Source of the DNA: Glaucostegus cemiculus
Lineage: Eukaryota
DNA: 64,000 bases
Assembly (NCBI GenBank): GCA_976551045.1
Contig: CDPCPM010000005.1
Location: 17,484,001 to 17,548,000 of the forward strand
Reading direction: 5' to 3'
The notes under the pieces were generated by a model. That model worked only from the letters and a program-made list of their open reading frames with translations. It had not been told where the DNA came from and made no database searches. Position numbers and translations under genes: made by a program. Below, piece after piece: positions 13,001-28,000 of this stretch (positions within the stretch are counted from its first letter, which is position 1; each line of letters begins with the position of its first letter).

Positions 13001-16000
13001 CAGAGTAGTGAGATTATCGCAAATTTATATTTGAAGTTCAACAACATTGCAACTGCTTACTACCACAGTTAGATGTATCCAAGTTTATCACACACAGAAC
13101 ATGAAACAGTACTGCACAGGTACAGGCCCATCATCCATGGTGTCTGTGCCAACCACAATGCCAATATTAATTAGTCCCATCTGCCTGTATATGTTCTATA
13201 TCCCTTCATCCCCTGCCTGTTCATGTTCCTGTCTCTTAAATTTTGCTATTGTACCTGCTTCTACCACTTCCTCTGGCAGTGGATTCCAGACACTTACCAC
13301 CCTGTATATAAAAAAAACTTAATTCATAAATTTCCTTTAAACTTTCCCCCTCTCTCCTTGAAATTAAGCCCTCTAGTATTTGACATTTCCATCCTGGGAA
13401 AAAGACTGATTATTTATCCTATCCATGGCACTCATCATTTTTTATACTTCTACCAGGTCACCCCTCAGTTCTGATGCTCCAGTGAAAACAATCCAGTGTG
13501 TTCGACTTCTCCTTATAGTTTATACTCTCTAATCCAGGCAACATGCTGGTGTACCTCTTCTGCATCCTCTCAAAAGCCTCTGATTCCCTCCTATAATGCA
13601 GTAACCAGAACTGCACACAATACTCCAAATGTAGCCGAAGAAAATTTTCTACAGCCACAGCATGACTTTCCTACTTTTATACTCAACACTCCAACCAATT
13701 AAGGCAAGTATGCAATACACCTTCTTTACTACCCTATCGTGTTGCAACTTTCAAAGAGCTATGGATTTGCACCCCAAGATCTCTCTGTACATCGAATCTC
13801 CTAAGGGTCATGCCATTTACTTTCCTCTTACATTTGACCTCCTAAAGTGCAACACCTCACACTTGCCCACATTAAACTCCTAATGCCATTTCACTGCCCA
13901 CATTTCCAACTGGTCTACATCCTGTTGAATTGTTTGACAACCTTTCTCATAATTCACAACTCCACTGATTTTCATGTATTCTGTGAACTTAATCAGCACA
14001 CCTACATTTTCATCTAAGTTTATATATATAGGTATACATATATACATACCTACATACGCAAATCCTTGTCGAACACCACTGGTCACTGACCTCCAGAGTA
14101 ACACCCCTCCACCCCTTCCCTCTGCTTTTATGGCCAATCATATTAAGTTTCCTTGGATCTCATGTGCCATAATTTTCTGGATCAGCCTAATACGAGGGAT
14201 CTTGCTGAATGCTTAATGAAAGTCCATGTTGACAGCTTACCCTCATCAATCATCTTTGTCAACTCCTCAAGAAACTCAGTCAGCCAAGACATGACCTCCC
14301 CCGCGCAAAGTCATACTGACTATCCTAATAAGCCTATGTTTTTCCAGATGCAAGTAGATCCTATCCTAAAAATCTTCTCCAATAATTTCTCTAGCACTGA
14401 TAACAAGGCTCATCGGTCTATAAATTTCCTGGTTTGTAATTATTGCCCTTCTTATACAGAGGGAGAACATAGGCTGAGACACAAGAGATTCTGCAGATGC
14501 TGGAATCTGGAACAACACACAAAAAGTACTGGAGGAACTCAGCAGGTCAGCCAGTATCTACGGAGGGAAATGAACAGTTGACGTTTCAGGCCAAGACCCT
14601 TCATCAGGACCGGAAAAGAAGAGGGCAGAAGCCAGCATAAGAAGGTTGGGGGAGGGGGAAAGAGTACATTCAGGCTGGTGGTAGGTGAGTCCAGGTGAAA
14701 GGGGAAAGGTAGGAGGGTGGGGGAAGGGAGATGCAGGAACCTCTCAGTTTCTTACATCTCCCCCCTCCCCCTCTCATAGAACATTACAGCATAGTACAGG
14801 CCCTTTAGCCCACGATGTTGGACTTACCTATCACCTGCCTGAGTGTACTCTTCCCCTTCCCCTGACCTTCTTATTCTGGCTTCTGCCCTCTTCCTTTCCA
14901 GTCCTGATGAAGGGTCTCAACCCAAAACGTCGACTGTTAATTTCCCTCTATAGATGCTGACTGACTTGCCGAGTTCCTCCAGCATTCTGTTGAACAACAT
15001 CGACTATTCTCAAGTCCTCTGTGACCTCAGCTGTGGCTAAAGAGGATGCAAACACCCCTGTCAAGGCCACAGAAATCTCCTATTAACATGCCCTAGAATA
15101 TCAGAATGTCCCTCCCTGATCTCACTATCATCCATGCCCTTCTCCTTGGTGAAGTATTTCACCCACTTCCTCTAGCTCTAGGCATGTTTGTTAAAATAAT
15201 ATTTCCTCTTGCTTCCTATTCTCCTTTCATATCTTCAGTTTCCTTTCATTCCATATTGCATTTTTTCTCTCCAGTTTTTCACAGCACAGCGCAGCAGATG
15301 GCCTTATTTTGTGCCTGAACCTCTTCTATTCAAAAAGCTGTAAAAATTAGTCTCGCACCTCAGCAATTATTTAATATCTGCGACCTCTAAATCAATTCAT
15401 TTGCCAGAGGAAACATTTTCAATTTTGAACGTCCTTCTCACCTAGCCCCCAGATTACTTTCTAGTCTATTAATATGCCATGATTCAGATGTGATTAAGGA
15501 AGATAATATTACTAAGCTTGAATGAGTGCTTGACAAGAAGCAACAAACCTTATAATCTTTATTTTATTAGAATTTCAATTTAAATAACTTTGCTAAAGGC
15601 AAGTTGCCCTTTTGTAAGCTAGAGACAAGCAATACTAGTTATCCTTGTTATCAGCATTTGTACATACTTCGATCAGGCCAAGCAATATGTCCTCTGAGCA
15701 CAAGGAAAAGTCCTGCTAAGGTAAAAAAAAAAGAAAATACCTTTATACAATAAAATACTCAAACTGAAAAATGACTTGGGATTAAAGACTAAGTGGATAA
15801 ACTGAAGTTGGGGATTTTATCCTTAGAATGGATGATGTGAGGAGATTCAAGAGGAATTTAAAATTATGAAGGGTATAAACAGTGTAGATTCGTAGGAACA
15901 GCCCAGTAATTTCAAGTGTAGGGACATGTTCGGCACAGCTTTGTGGGCCGAAGGGCCTGAATTGTGCTGTGGCTTTTCTATGCTCTATTTTCAATTAAGA

Positions 16001-19000
16001 GCAAGAACCAGAGGACAGAGAATGACGGTTGGCTAAAGAACCAGGTGACATGACAAAAAGTTATTTTTAAGCTGCCAGTAGCAAGAGTCTGAAGTGCACT
16101 GTCAGAAGTTATAGTGGAGACAGATTCAACTGTAGCATTCAGAAAGGAAAATGAATAAATATTCAGAAGGAAAGAACTTGCAGGGCAATGGGATCACAGT
16201 GGTAATTGGGACTAGGTTGGTTGCTGATCTCAACAGACCTAATGGCCTTCTGTGCTGTAGCCACTCTGATTCTGCACATCTTGTGTGACTGAAACAGACG
16301 GCAAAACAGTACTGTCATTGTCATTTCAAACAGTACTGCTAAGACAAAAATAATTCATCTACAATAAAACAGTTCTCATAACGGCATCAATTCACCCACA
16401 AGCAGATCCTGTTCCTTACCTTTAAAGCATTCTGTGCTCCTACATTATTTTCCTGGCTACAAAGAACAAGGAGGGATTCCAGAGCAAAAACTGCATCTTG
16501 TTCCAAAGCCAAAAAATCTACAAAGCGAAAAAATTCCAAGCATGATTACAAACTGTGTTGCTGGAAAAACATGATCTTGCTATTTTTTTGCTCAACTGTC
16601 AAGCATTTCATTTTCTTGTTACGTCCTAGACTGAAATAAGGCCACTGTGATGGAGATTGGGGCAGAAGCAGGCAGGGCTAATAATGCCCATACAACACCC
16701 TTTCTTCAAGATAGAGCTATTTCAAGAAAAAAACTACTGAACATTCCTGCACAGAAGTTGACTTTGCCTTGTTGAAGGCAACTCAAACGTTACAGGCACA
16801 ATGTCACAATATCAGTTGCATATTTTCATACTATACATTTTGATTTGGCCAGTGTAGGATAATGCCTGATTTAAACATCAAAAATATTATGCAATACACT
16901 GATATAATGATTGATTTACACAATTTGGAATGGAGCCACAGACAGAGATAAAGACTTTAGGTTAAACCTTTGTTATTCAGTTATGTAATTTTATTTGAAT
17001 TTATTTACCTGTGTAAACCATGTTTACTTTTCTACATTGCAGTCTCTACAATACTAGACAGAATATCTCTATAAACAATACTTACAGTATCCATTAAGGT
17101 GAACTTCCAGCTTGCTGGTCAGAACTGAAGTCTTCTAATTACCTACCTCGATATTTATTAAATTCTGTGCAAAACCATGCCTATTTGAATTTCAGTACCC
17201 TATCCCATAATTACATTCTGCCAAAATGATGTTTTATAAACACATTAAAAAAGAGTTCCTAAAACAGAAGTCCACTGAATAAACTCATCAGTTGATTGCT
17301 CCAGGTATTCTCCATTCACCCTCACCCCATAACACAGGAGTTCTAAAGCACATCTCAAAAATTTAAGTATATCAGTGACATTAGAATACTTCATCATCAG
17401 TTATTGTTTTCTAAACCATCCACAGAGCTTTCATATCAACTTACACAAAAATGACCCCTGAAGTATTAAGAAGCTAATGTAATGTTACTAACAAGCCAGA
17501 TTACAGCTTTTGAAAAAAAACACGTCTGTGTCAAGATCCAGAGTCAAGATCAGTTCTGGCAAAAGATCTCAGGCTTGAAAATTTTAACATTTTCTTTTTA
17601 TTTCAGATTCCCAGCATCTCCAGTTTTTTTAATTTTCAAACTCAGTCCTGACCTGATTTGATCCTACTCTTCCCATGCTTAATGCTGGGGTTTCCACTTA
17701 TTTTGTTTATGTCTACTTCCATGCCTAGACTTATTCAATGACATCCTTTACTCAGTTGCTTTTGTTTTCTTAAAGATGGAGTTACGATTCATTTAATTTT
17801 TAAAAATTACGATTTCTGAATCGAAAATCAAAGCTTTGATGAATAAATGTATAATTTGTAAACTTAGACACAAATTGAAGACATATCTGAAATAAACATT
17901 CTGTAAAATAATGGAATCACAAAGCAGAGAAAATGATATTGGAAGCAAAAGCACACTACGAATTGCAAGCCAAATATTGAAAATGTTTTAAATGGAATAC
18001 AAATGGAGGAAATGGGTATTTTTTTCATCTGTTTATTATCTTAAAGTTAATGTTTTTTTAAACATCAAAAGCCACAGGAAATCAATTTTCCCTTTCCACT
18101 GTAACAAGTGCTGTATTTTAAAATAAGGGAAGGGTAGGCAATTAAGCACATTCCTATTATTGGCACTATACTAGTCCAGGTTTATTTATAGTGTCTTGAA
18201 TGCCAGTGACTCACTAAGCTAGAAACTTAAACATCCTCCGTGATAGGCTATTTAAATATATGGTTGTTAGGGCTACATCTGCCCATAATTTCCTTTCATC
18301 TACTTGTCAAAAGAAAATTCAGGGGAGATTCACCAGGATGTTGCTCGAGGATGAAGAATTTCAGTCATGAGGAGAGATGCACAGGCTGGATTTGTTTTCC
18401 AGAAGGAGAGACTGCAGCGGGCTGATTGGGCTATACAAAATTGTGAACGGTATTGGTACATAGTAAAAAAAAAATGTTTCTTTATAGCAGAGGTGTATAA
18501 AAATCAGAAGGCATAAGTTAAAGCAAGGAGATAGAAGGTTTAGAGAGGATCTGATGCAGATTCTTTTTTCACCAGAGGGTACTGAAATCTGCAACTCTCT
18601 GGCTAAGGGGATGACAGAAGGAGAAACAGTCAACATTTGAGAAGTGCTTAGCAAACACTTGAATTGGCAAGGCATAGAAGGCAATGCTGTAAAATAGAAC
18701 TAGTATAGATGAGCACTTGATGGTCAGCATGGACATGGTGGGCTGAAGAGCCCATTTCTGTGCCGCATGACTGAGTAATGAAAGCATATTACAATTGTGA
18801 CCATCACTGAAGCATTTTTTGTCTGCCTGCAAAAGTGATATTTCAGCTGATGATAAACATCAATAACAAAAATTAATTTTATATTAGATCTGTAGTACAA
18901 ACAGAATATTCATTACAAAATATATTCCAAAATATATAATAGCCTCCACAGTTCAATTTGGCTGCCAGTACTCATGAATTATTTCCTTCCTTCTTCCCAC

Positions 19001-22000
19001 TTATTGGATAAAATTTGGATTGTGAGGTTGTCAACTTTCAACTGTGAAAACGTTGTTATAAATGCCACACTAATAATGAGTTCTTTCCATTATAACCCAC
19101 AGTTATTCAGGTTCCCGTATTTAATCACAGTTCTTTCCCCAATGATTTTAAAATGAATTCCAGAACCTACTCAAGAGTTAATTCCATTAAGGAAAATGAG
19201 GCATAATTTTTGTTCTCAATGTTTCATAGATACAAAAAAAATATTCTATCTAAATTTGGAACAAAGAACTCAAAATCATTGCAATCAATCAAAAGAAATA
19301 TAAAGGCTAACGTTCATCTTTTCTAGGTTACCTTTTTCCAAGCAGGATGCAATGTTTGTTAGAACAGTAACACCATGAGCTGCAATAGCACAGTTGCTAT
19401 GGTAACAGCACTCTTGTGCAAGTTTTATCAGGTCGTCAGAATGTGCTGGAGTAGTTGTGTTTCCTTTTAAATAAAGACAAATAAAAACAGCATTTCCATC
19501 ATCAACAACATACAAATCAGGCATTCAAATAATGTATTTACATCAAAAACAAAATAACCAAAATGAGAGCTTTTTAAGTCACTTGCATCCCAGAAACAAA
19601 TTCATTGCAACGTAACCATCAAATATTTGATTAAACCCAAACTAAATTACCAGATTCAATGATATTTTATCAACATACAGCTGGACTGAGTTCTTGATAA
19701 AAATTCTTTGAAAGAAATGTAGATGTCTGTAATGTTGCAATAATGCCCTGGACCAAAAAGAAAAGATTCAGCAAATCTTTTTGGTCCAGGAAAGTGTTGT
19801 GAAGTGTTGAAAACACGTCTTTAAAGCAAATATGCATATGCAGCAAGCAGTTAAGGTGGGAAATAGTACATAGCCCTTCTCTACAATACGTCAGGGGCAA
19901 GGGTGCCTTGCTACAATTACACAAGGCTCTGGGGAGACCACACCTGAAGTACTGAGTGTAGATTTGGTCACAATAAAGGATGTATTTGTCTCAGAGGGAC
20001 TGCAAGGAAAATGCACCAGACTGACTCCTGAGATGGCAGGACTGTTGGACAGGTGGGGTACCACAATAAATCAGAGTTTGGGCCCCAGCTATTCACAATC
20101 TATATCAACGATTTGGCTGAGGAGACAAAAGTATCATATTTCCAAGTTTGCCGATGGCACTAAACTAGGTGGGATTGCGAGTATGCAGATGGATGCAAAG
20201 GGATTTCCATGGTTTATGGAGTGAACGGATAGAGCACAAAGAGGTCATCCATCTTGGAGCACATAATATCTTTATATTGAAAGGGACTTGGGTGTGTTTA
20301 TACATGAGTCACTGAAGGCTACCATGCAGATAAAGCAGCAATGAGGAGGCCATATGAGGAGGCCTTTGTTACAAGGGGATTTGTGTACAGGAGTAAAGAT
20401 ATATTACTGGAATTAGCTGGAGTTTTGTGTACAGTTTAGGTCTTACCTAATAATAAAGGATGTATATACTATAGGGGGAATGCAGCAAAGATCACGAGAC
20501 TCATTCCAGGGATGGCAGGACTGCCGTACCAGTGATGTATTAGGCTGGTATTTTATTCTTTAGACCACAAGACCATAAGACATAGGAGCAGGGTTTAGAA
20601 GAATGAGAAAAGATCTCAGGTTTCCTCCCACATTCTAAAAGACGTACAGGTAGGTTAATTTGGGGGGGTTTAAAATGGGCAGCGTGGACTCGTTGGGCCT
20701 GTTACCACGATGTAAATAAATTTAAATAAATAAATAAAACATATAGAATTCTTACAGGGCTTGCCAGGTTAGGTGCAAGGAGGATGCTTCCCCTGCCTGA
20801 TGAATCTAGAATCAAGGAACATTGCTTGAGAATAAGGGCAAGGGTATTTGGGATTGTGACTAGGAGTAATTTCATTACTCTGATGGCAGTGAACTTCAGA
20901 ATTTTCTACCCTAGACAGAAATTGATAGATTTTGGGGCTTTAAAGGGATCAAGGAAAATGGTGCTAAGGTAGAAGATCAGCCTTGATCTTGATGAATGGC
21001 AGAGCTGGCTTAAAGGGACTTATGGCTTACTGCTACGCATATGTTCTTATGTTAAAGGAGTGACAAAGTAGCTTTGAGGAGGGTGTAACATTCTGATTTT
21101 CCCTGTTTCCAGTCCAAGATTTTATGGCATCCCAACTACCAATCTTCTGAGCCCTTGTAATTCAAAACAAGACCTTTCTCACATGGGAATCCTATCTAAT
21201 AACGCGTTCAACAATCAAACAACCCGAGGACCAAAATTTACTTTCCCTGATACCATAGTATTCCGTGCTAATAATCAAATATCATCACAGAAATACTGGA
21301 CTTCATCCTAAGGCTACTGATTAAGAGCTCCATCCGCATTCAGGAGAACAAACAAGCATTGAAAAATTCTTATATATAATAATTTTGGTCCTGTATTTAA
21401 CAGTACGATCTCTACTACCTGTCGGTTGTGCTTCAGTAAACACAATTTTCTTGTTAAGAAAATACTGGCCATTTTAAAGTGGTGTGACTTATTGGCTGAT
21501 GATTTCTAACAATGGGTCCACAAAGATTCACAATGACACATGGATTCCATTCTTTGTTTCATACTTTAGTGCTTTTCCATGTATGAGAATGCAATTTCAC
21601 ACAGTTGATTACATTAATGAAAAGTTAAGTTAAATGGCTCAGTGGCCTTACCTTGTGAATTATAGTAGTACTGTTTCATTGCTATGGTTCCTGATAATGT
21701 GGACAAAACTGAAAGTATGCCCAATTTCAAACTGTCATAAGGACTCTGAAGGGCACATTCACACAGTGACTTAATAAAGAAAAGAAAAGATTGTTATAAT
21801 TCTGTTCTTGGAAAGATAAGCTTTTAGCAGCTAAATATTGTAAGCAGAATCAAAGAGATTTAGTATGTTACGAAGCCAGATGTAGTATCAGCTCCCTAAA
21901 GCTTTCATTGCCTTTCAGTAGTCAGATTACATATAGAATCATAAAGAACAACAAGAGGTCACTTATACTACTGTCATCTCCTAGAAAGAGCTACATTCTT

Positions 22001-25000
22001 AATATACCTAAAATGCACAGGCAGCCTTAAATCCTTTGAACCATTAAGCATTGAACAGCTTTTATGTACTAGGAAAAGTTATCAGAATAACTGGTTAATT
22101 ACAAATTACCCTTACTGAAATATTGTTAACATTCTATCAAGCAAAAGTTAAAAAAGGTCTTTTCCAATCACTTGTATATAATTAGCATTAGCATTTCTAT
22201 AGTAACTTTTGTATGAATATTCTAAGACTCTTCAGAAATTGCATAAAAATACATGCTCTAAACCAGAGAGTAGTCAGGATGAAGAATCAAAAAGATTTGT
22301 TAAACAAATTGCATCATAAGGTCTTAGAACAGGGAATTTAGAAGTGTATAAATAAGGCAGTTAAGAATTCTGCCATTAATAATGCAGAAAAAAAGAGGAT
22401 GAATGCATTGAAGATCAGCACAAAAGTTTGAGAGGAAACACAAAAGTTGAAGAAGATTGTAGCAATAGAGTGAAGCAAAAACAGAAGAGATATTTTATGG
22501 CACAGACAAAGATTTAACTTAATGCTACAAGATTAAAGGCACCCACTGGAGGGTGGGGTGATTACAAGAGTAAAGCATCCTCCAGATGCGAAGAACACTA
22601 TTTTTTTTAAAGCCTACTGTTCACGAAGGAGAAAAAAAATTCTTGTTCGATCACTGCAGTGCTTATGGTTCTCCCACAAAAAAAAACATTTTGTGAGTGG
22701 TTTAATTTTAAAGAGGATGCCAAATCAATGAGATCAGGGGAGGCACTTATATAAATCTTCAAAGGTGGCAGTTACATTTAATAAAACTGTAATGAAAAAG
22801 TAAAAAAGGTTCTTGATTTTAGAGGGATGAAGTGTAAAAGAAGCTCTGCTGAACCACGATAATGGAATTGACAAGACACAGTTTTGGGTACTTCACTCTA
22901 GTCTTTGGTGATGGTGGAAGAGAGATCTGTTAAAGTGGTATCAGATTAATGATATTTAAGTCATGTTGAGAAAGTAGATGAGCAGAAAATCCTCTCAATA
23001 CAGGAGACAACAGTACTAAAAAGATTTAATGAATTTTATCAAAAGCACTGATTCTTTTGAAAAAGTAGATATAAAGAAATTGTGTTCATTGGTAGAATGC
23101 ATGGTAGCCAGAAAACACAGATTCAAAATTCAAAACAGCAAAGTAACGAGAATGGAGTTGGAAGGAAGGTAATTTTACAGACAGTTGTTATGATTGAGTC
23201 CATGATTTGAAAGATGGTAGAAGCAAATTTCGCCAGTTGTTTCTAACAGGGAATTTATTACTGGAAAGTGAAGGAAGGAGGTAAAACATGAATAGCTCCC
23301 TTTCTACTATTCTTCTTCTTTATCAGTCTGTAGGATCAAGGATGATTTGTTTCTATTCAGTTTTGTGGGTTCTGAGATGATGGATGAGGCCAATGTGGGA
23401 ACCACAAACAGACCTTCTCAGATAGGACAGGAGGTGCCTGGAGGCAGGTGGGTGGGTTATTAGTGAGGTGAACATCCTCTTTGTACTGTATGATTCTATG
23501 ACCAGTCTGACTACATGGAAGCAAAGAAATTTTGGGGAGTTAATGTCACACAAAAAATAGTCAAATTCTTTAGGATAAAATAACCTTATTTATTTTCAAA
23601 TAATAGATAGGGATTGCAGAGGTAGCATGTTTAAGCTACACATAGGAGGGAAAGAGGAAACCATAATGTATTATTACCAAGCCAGACTGATATGCCTCTC
23701 TAAACTGGTAAATACTAACATTTATCTTGTTGTCACTCCTGGATATAAAACATGCACATGTTCAAGAAAGGAACACAAAAACCCAAATGAAAGTTTGCTA
23801 CAAACCACAAAGAGCTCACGCCAAAAGTATCATTATGTGAAAGACTTCTTCTAAACCATGCTAAAAAGAGATTATGTAAATAACGAGTACCTAGCTAGGA
23901 GGTGAGATTAGGTATACTTAGGACAATTAACAAATTGCTCATGCACTCATGAAAGCATCATGCCAAATTAATTCAGTCCATCATTTCTCTATATTCATAT
24001 CCAAATTTAAAATTAAAGTTACCTGAATGTTATCTCTGCTCCACATATGTGGTGTTTTATTAGCTAACAATTTTAGGTCCTGAACAGAAAGTCTCTTCAC
24101 AGCTTTTCTGGGGTCTTCTTTCAAATACTGTAACAAAAGCTGAATCTTTTCCAACAATGGTGATTAGAGAAAAACAAATTAGTTACAGTTCGACAAATCT
24201 GCAATGCTAAACCACCATAAAAGGTGGTCATTAAAATAAATTCCAAGGAAAATTTTCATAAAACTTTTTCGCCAATGTTTTTCACTGCCTACAATAAAAT
24301 TCCCCAAAATATTTTAAAACAGAAAGTACTGAAAATGCAGGTCAAGCAGCAACTGAGATGCAAAAAACCCCCCACAAAAGTTAGCATTTCAGGTAGATGA
24401 CCTTTCATAAAACTGTATATACTTCTAAATATCACATGTCCTTTTCTTCATATTTTAGAACAAACAAAGCTTCTCAATTTCTTGCTGTGCTCTGCAAATT
24501 TTCAGATTTGAATTCTAGTTACTTAAACCATATTTCCCTTTTTATTCAGTCTTCTCAGTTAATTGCTTCAATTGTAGTTGAGTGTGGCATTGTGGGTAGA
24601 GTGGTTGACCATATTTTTTCAATATAGGTATTAAAAATGCTTTTTTCAAAGCCAAACCTTAAGCATATTATAGGATCAGAAATAGCCCACCATATTCAAT
24701 GTCATAAATATGCGAATAATTCATGTGCCATTTACACTGCTACCTAAATAACCAATTAGAATGATTAAAGTTGAAGGCAGTTAGTAACAAAAGGATTGGA
24801 TCTTTTATAATAAGAGTAGTTTATTGATCCTACATCCCGAGTAGTCAGATGCACTGAGAAATTTTAACGGGACAGAAATATCAGGTTATCTGCTTGTGAT
24901 TACCTACCATTAACTTTGCAGAGAATCAGACAGGCTACATACATACTGAATTTAAATAGCAAAGTGTATTGCACTGATGGTTTTCTAATAAATATGAGGT

Positions 25001-28000
25001 CTTGAAAGATAACTCTTACCTGCTTTGGGATATCAACCAGTGACGATGCAGCTAGTTCTGTAAAAGTATGCAGGGTGACTACCACCATCTTGGTGGAAGG
25101 ATACAATGCCACTAGTTGCTGAAGGAGAACACGAGTGTTGGATGCAAGGGCAGCATCATGATGCATGTGCTGCAGAATTGGGATCAGCTTTAACTTCAGA
25201 TCCACAGGTGTTGCCAAACCTGGAAAGCAAGTTTAAGTTATTCATTCCTGCTTTCAGTGCTCCTCAAATGCAGCAACTGCAAAACATTTTTGACTTAACA
25301 GCATAGAGCATCCCAGAATCTGAAAAACAAAAATCACACTTTGGATGCAGATGTGGAGGTTAACTAGAGTAAAATTATGGATCAGAAAGGGATTTCCCCC
25401 TGCCGCTGCCCGCCCCCCACCACACACACACACAGCAACCACATTGCCATGTAGATCAATGTACATCTGTTCATCTTCAAACTTGAGTTGCAATCCTAGA
25501 ATAAATTAAATTTCAAATACAATGAAACTATAATACCAAAGGCAAGTAGTCTTCTTCATTCATATTCATTACACTACCAAAATACAGCCTAGCCTGATAG
25601 ATTGTTTCCCCCAGAAGCCAAATGCACATGAAAATATACTAATGATATTCCAGAAAACTGGATTCCCAGTTTACTTCCATAATGAATAAACTTACATGGG
25701 CTCTGCCAATACCCTGTCAATATTAGGTGTTCTCCCACTGCACCACAAAGGGACGAATGATTGAAATTACGTTTGGAATATCAAAGCTATGCAAATAATA
25801 ATTAAAATGTATTAAGAAGCACAAGAAATAGGCAGTGTAGGCCCTTCATCAAGACCTTGGCTGATCTTATGCACCATCATTTTTCTACGCTAGCACCATT
25901 TCCCTCAATATCCAGAAAGCAATTAACCTCTTATGACTGAACTCAGTGATTAAGCCTCTGTAAACCTCCAGGGTAGAGAATTCCAAAGATTCACCACACT
26001 CCAAGTGAAGAAATTTCTCCCTATTACAGTCCTAAATGGCTCTAATTCTGAGACTGTCCTCTTATTCTAGATTCCTCAGCTAGAGGAAACATTCTGCATC
26101 CAGCCTGTTGAGTCCTGTTAACATCTTGTAAGTTTCAATGAGATTGCCCTTCATTCTTTTAAATGAGAATACAGGCCTAGTTCATTCAATCTCTCCTCAT
26201 CATACTCAATGACCCAAAGCTACTTCTTCCATTTTGCCAAGACTTCAGTGTCATATATGGATACATGATCTCAAACTCAATTTAATGAAACAGCTGTTTT
26301 GTACAAAATAGTGTCATACAAACAGCAATCAGAAAACTAATTAATATATTTTTGCTGCTAGTCAGTTTGTTTTTCCCTCTCCTATTTATACACAACTGAC
26401 CAAACATGATTCATGATTTAACGCCTATAAAATTATGCATCCTTCTATTTAAGAGATCCAAAGACCACGGATGACTTCGGAATAAATTGATCTTACAATG
26501 CTATTGCAGGTTTATTTCAGACTACTATGTTTAAGTCACCTTTAATATGTTTTGTTTTAGATAGAGGAGCTCTCTTGAATCAGAAAAACAATCTGCATGT
26601 AGCCTGAAGTGACCAAGTACTAAGATGGATACCAAGTAAGGTATACAGCAAACTTACATCTGCCTGTTTACCTCTTTGCAGTTACCTATGTGATCAGTGA
26701 GAATGCTGCCAAGTGATTCTGTTCACCTTTATGAGGTGGAATGATCTAAAAGATCTGGACTTGCGCTATAAACCAATAATATTCTTTAACAATTAAAAAA
26801 AACCACAAAAATGAAACAATGTATTTAAAGGAATTAAACTTTGTTCTTTACGTGCAATAAAGTTAGAATTCATCCTCTAAGCAGTTTTTCCAGCATAAAG
26901 AGATCTCTGAAGTTAGTGCTTATTTCTTTAAAACTGTCAATGAATCAAGTAATCCCAGATCCTCCACTGGATGGTGAATAACTAGAAGCCACCAATTCTG
27001 TAGTCATATGTAAAGATACAATTAAAGAAATTTCTGGCCATAGTGCTGCCTAAAAGACCACAGGTATCAAATAACTCCAAACTTGCTCATAGATCTCAAG
27101 AGCTCAGCTAGAAAAAAAAATTCAGAAAACATGCCTGAACAAATAGAATGAATAGCTGAAACATCACCTTCTGTTTATTTCAGATTACCAGCATTTTGCA
27201 CCATTTTACTTTTGAATAACCTGGAAAGGGATTCTGCCATTTTGCGATATTCTAACATAGACAATGTTAGATAACCCTGCACATCTGAAGTTTTGAACCA
27301 AGAAACTTTATGCTTTAAACCTTTGTCACTCTGCAGAAACTATCTATTTGAATTGTTAATCACTTGTAAGCAATTCCTCAATTCCACATTTAAAACTTTA
27401 AGACAGTGTTCAAAATTGCTTGTTATTTTCTTGATGAATCTAAGTCTTTTCCTTGTGCAGTTACTCATCAAGCAGCATCAAAATGAATAGCCCAGCACAG
27501 GAAAGTGTTTCATTATCCTGTCATAGCCTCAATTCCTGAGGATGCGCTAAGGTTAGGTAATTAACTTACAATTAAGGAGGGCAAATTCAAAGGAGCATAT
27601 CTGAGATACTTCTATAGCAAATGCTCAGACTAACAGGATTCAGCCAATGGAAATGATCTCTTTTTCAATTGTTTTATGGCAATAACATTTTGCCAGCAAG
27701 ATTATACAAACCAAGGATCAACCTATAGGCATATCTAGTTAGAATCATGGATACCTAGATGAACCTGTACCACATACCCCATTGGTCTTTTTTCTCACGT
27801 GGCAACAGCAAGCTAATGAAGTGTGTATCTTTGCTCAGTAATAAATAAACAACCATCATTAACTTAGTTCAGGACAACTTTTGAAAATAAAAGCATTTTC
27901 AAGAATATACTTTGGTAAATGAAGCCAATATTAAAACACTTTCCTAATAATATGTGTTAATATGGCTCTAAAATTCCTAAATAATGTCAAGTACATAATA

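Larger units (their letters stand above)
14478..14992. mobile_element. Non-coding fold-back Penelope-derived element (inverted pseudo-LTR arms)
   Basis: Arms ~14520-14693 and ~14819-14992 are reverse complements; CTGCAGATGCTGGAATC terminus is shared with the GIY-YIG-bearing copies. Confidence 0.8.
13092..15080 (-). mobile_element. CR1 LINE fragment interrupted by a Penelope fold-back
   Basis: [15 protein letters not shown]...FTSMLPGL-like and [10 protein letters not shown] segments; CR1 3' end near 13092. Confidence 0.8.

Noticed and set aside
23308-23500. Possible RTE-type LINE tail next to (TTC)n
   Set aside because: Too decayed to assign
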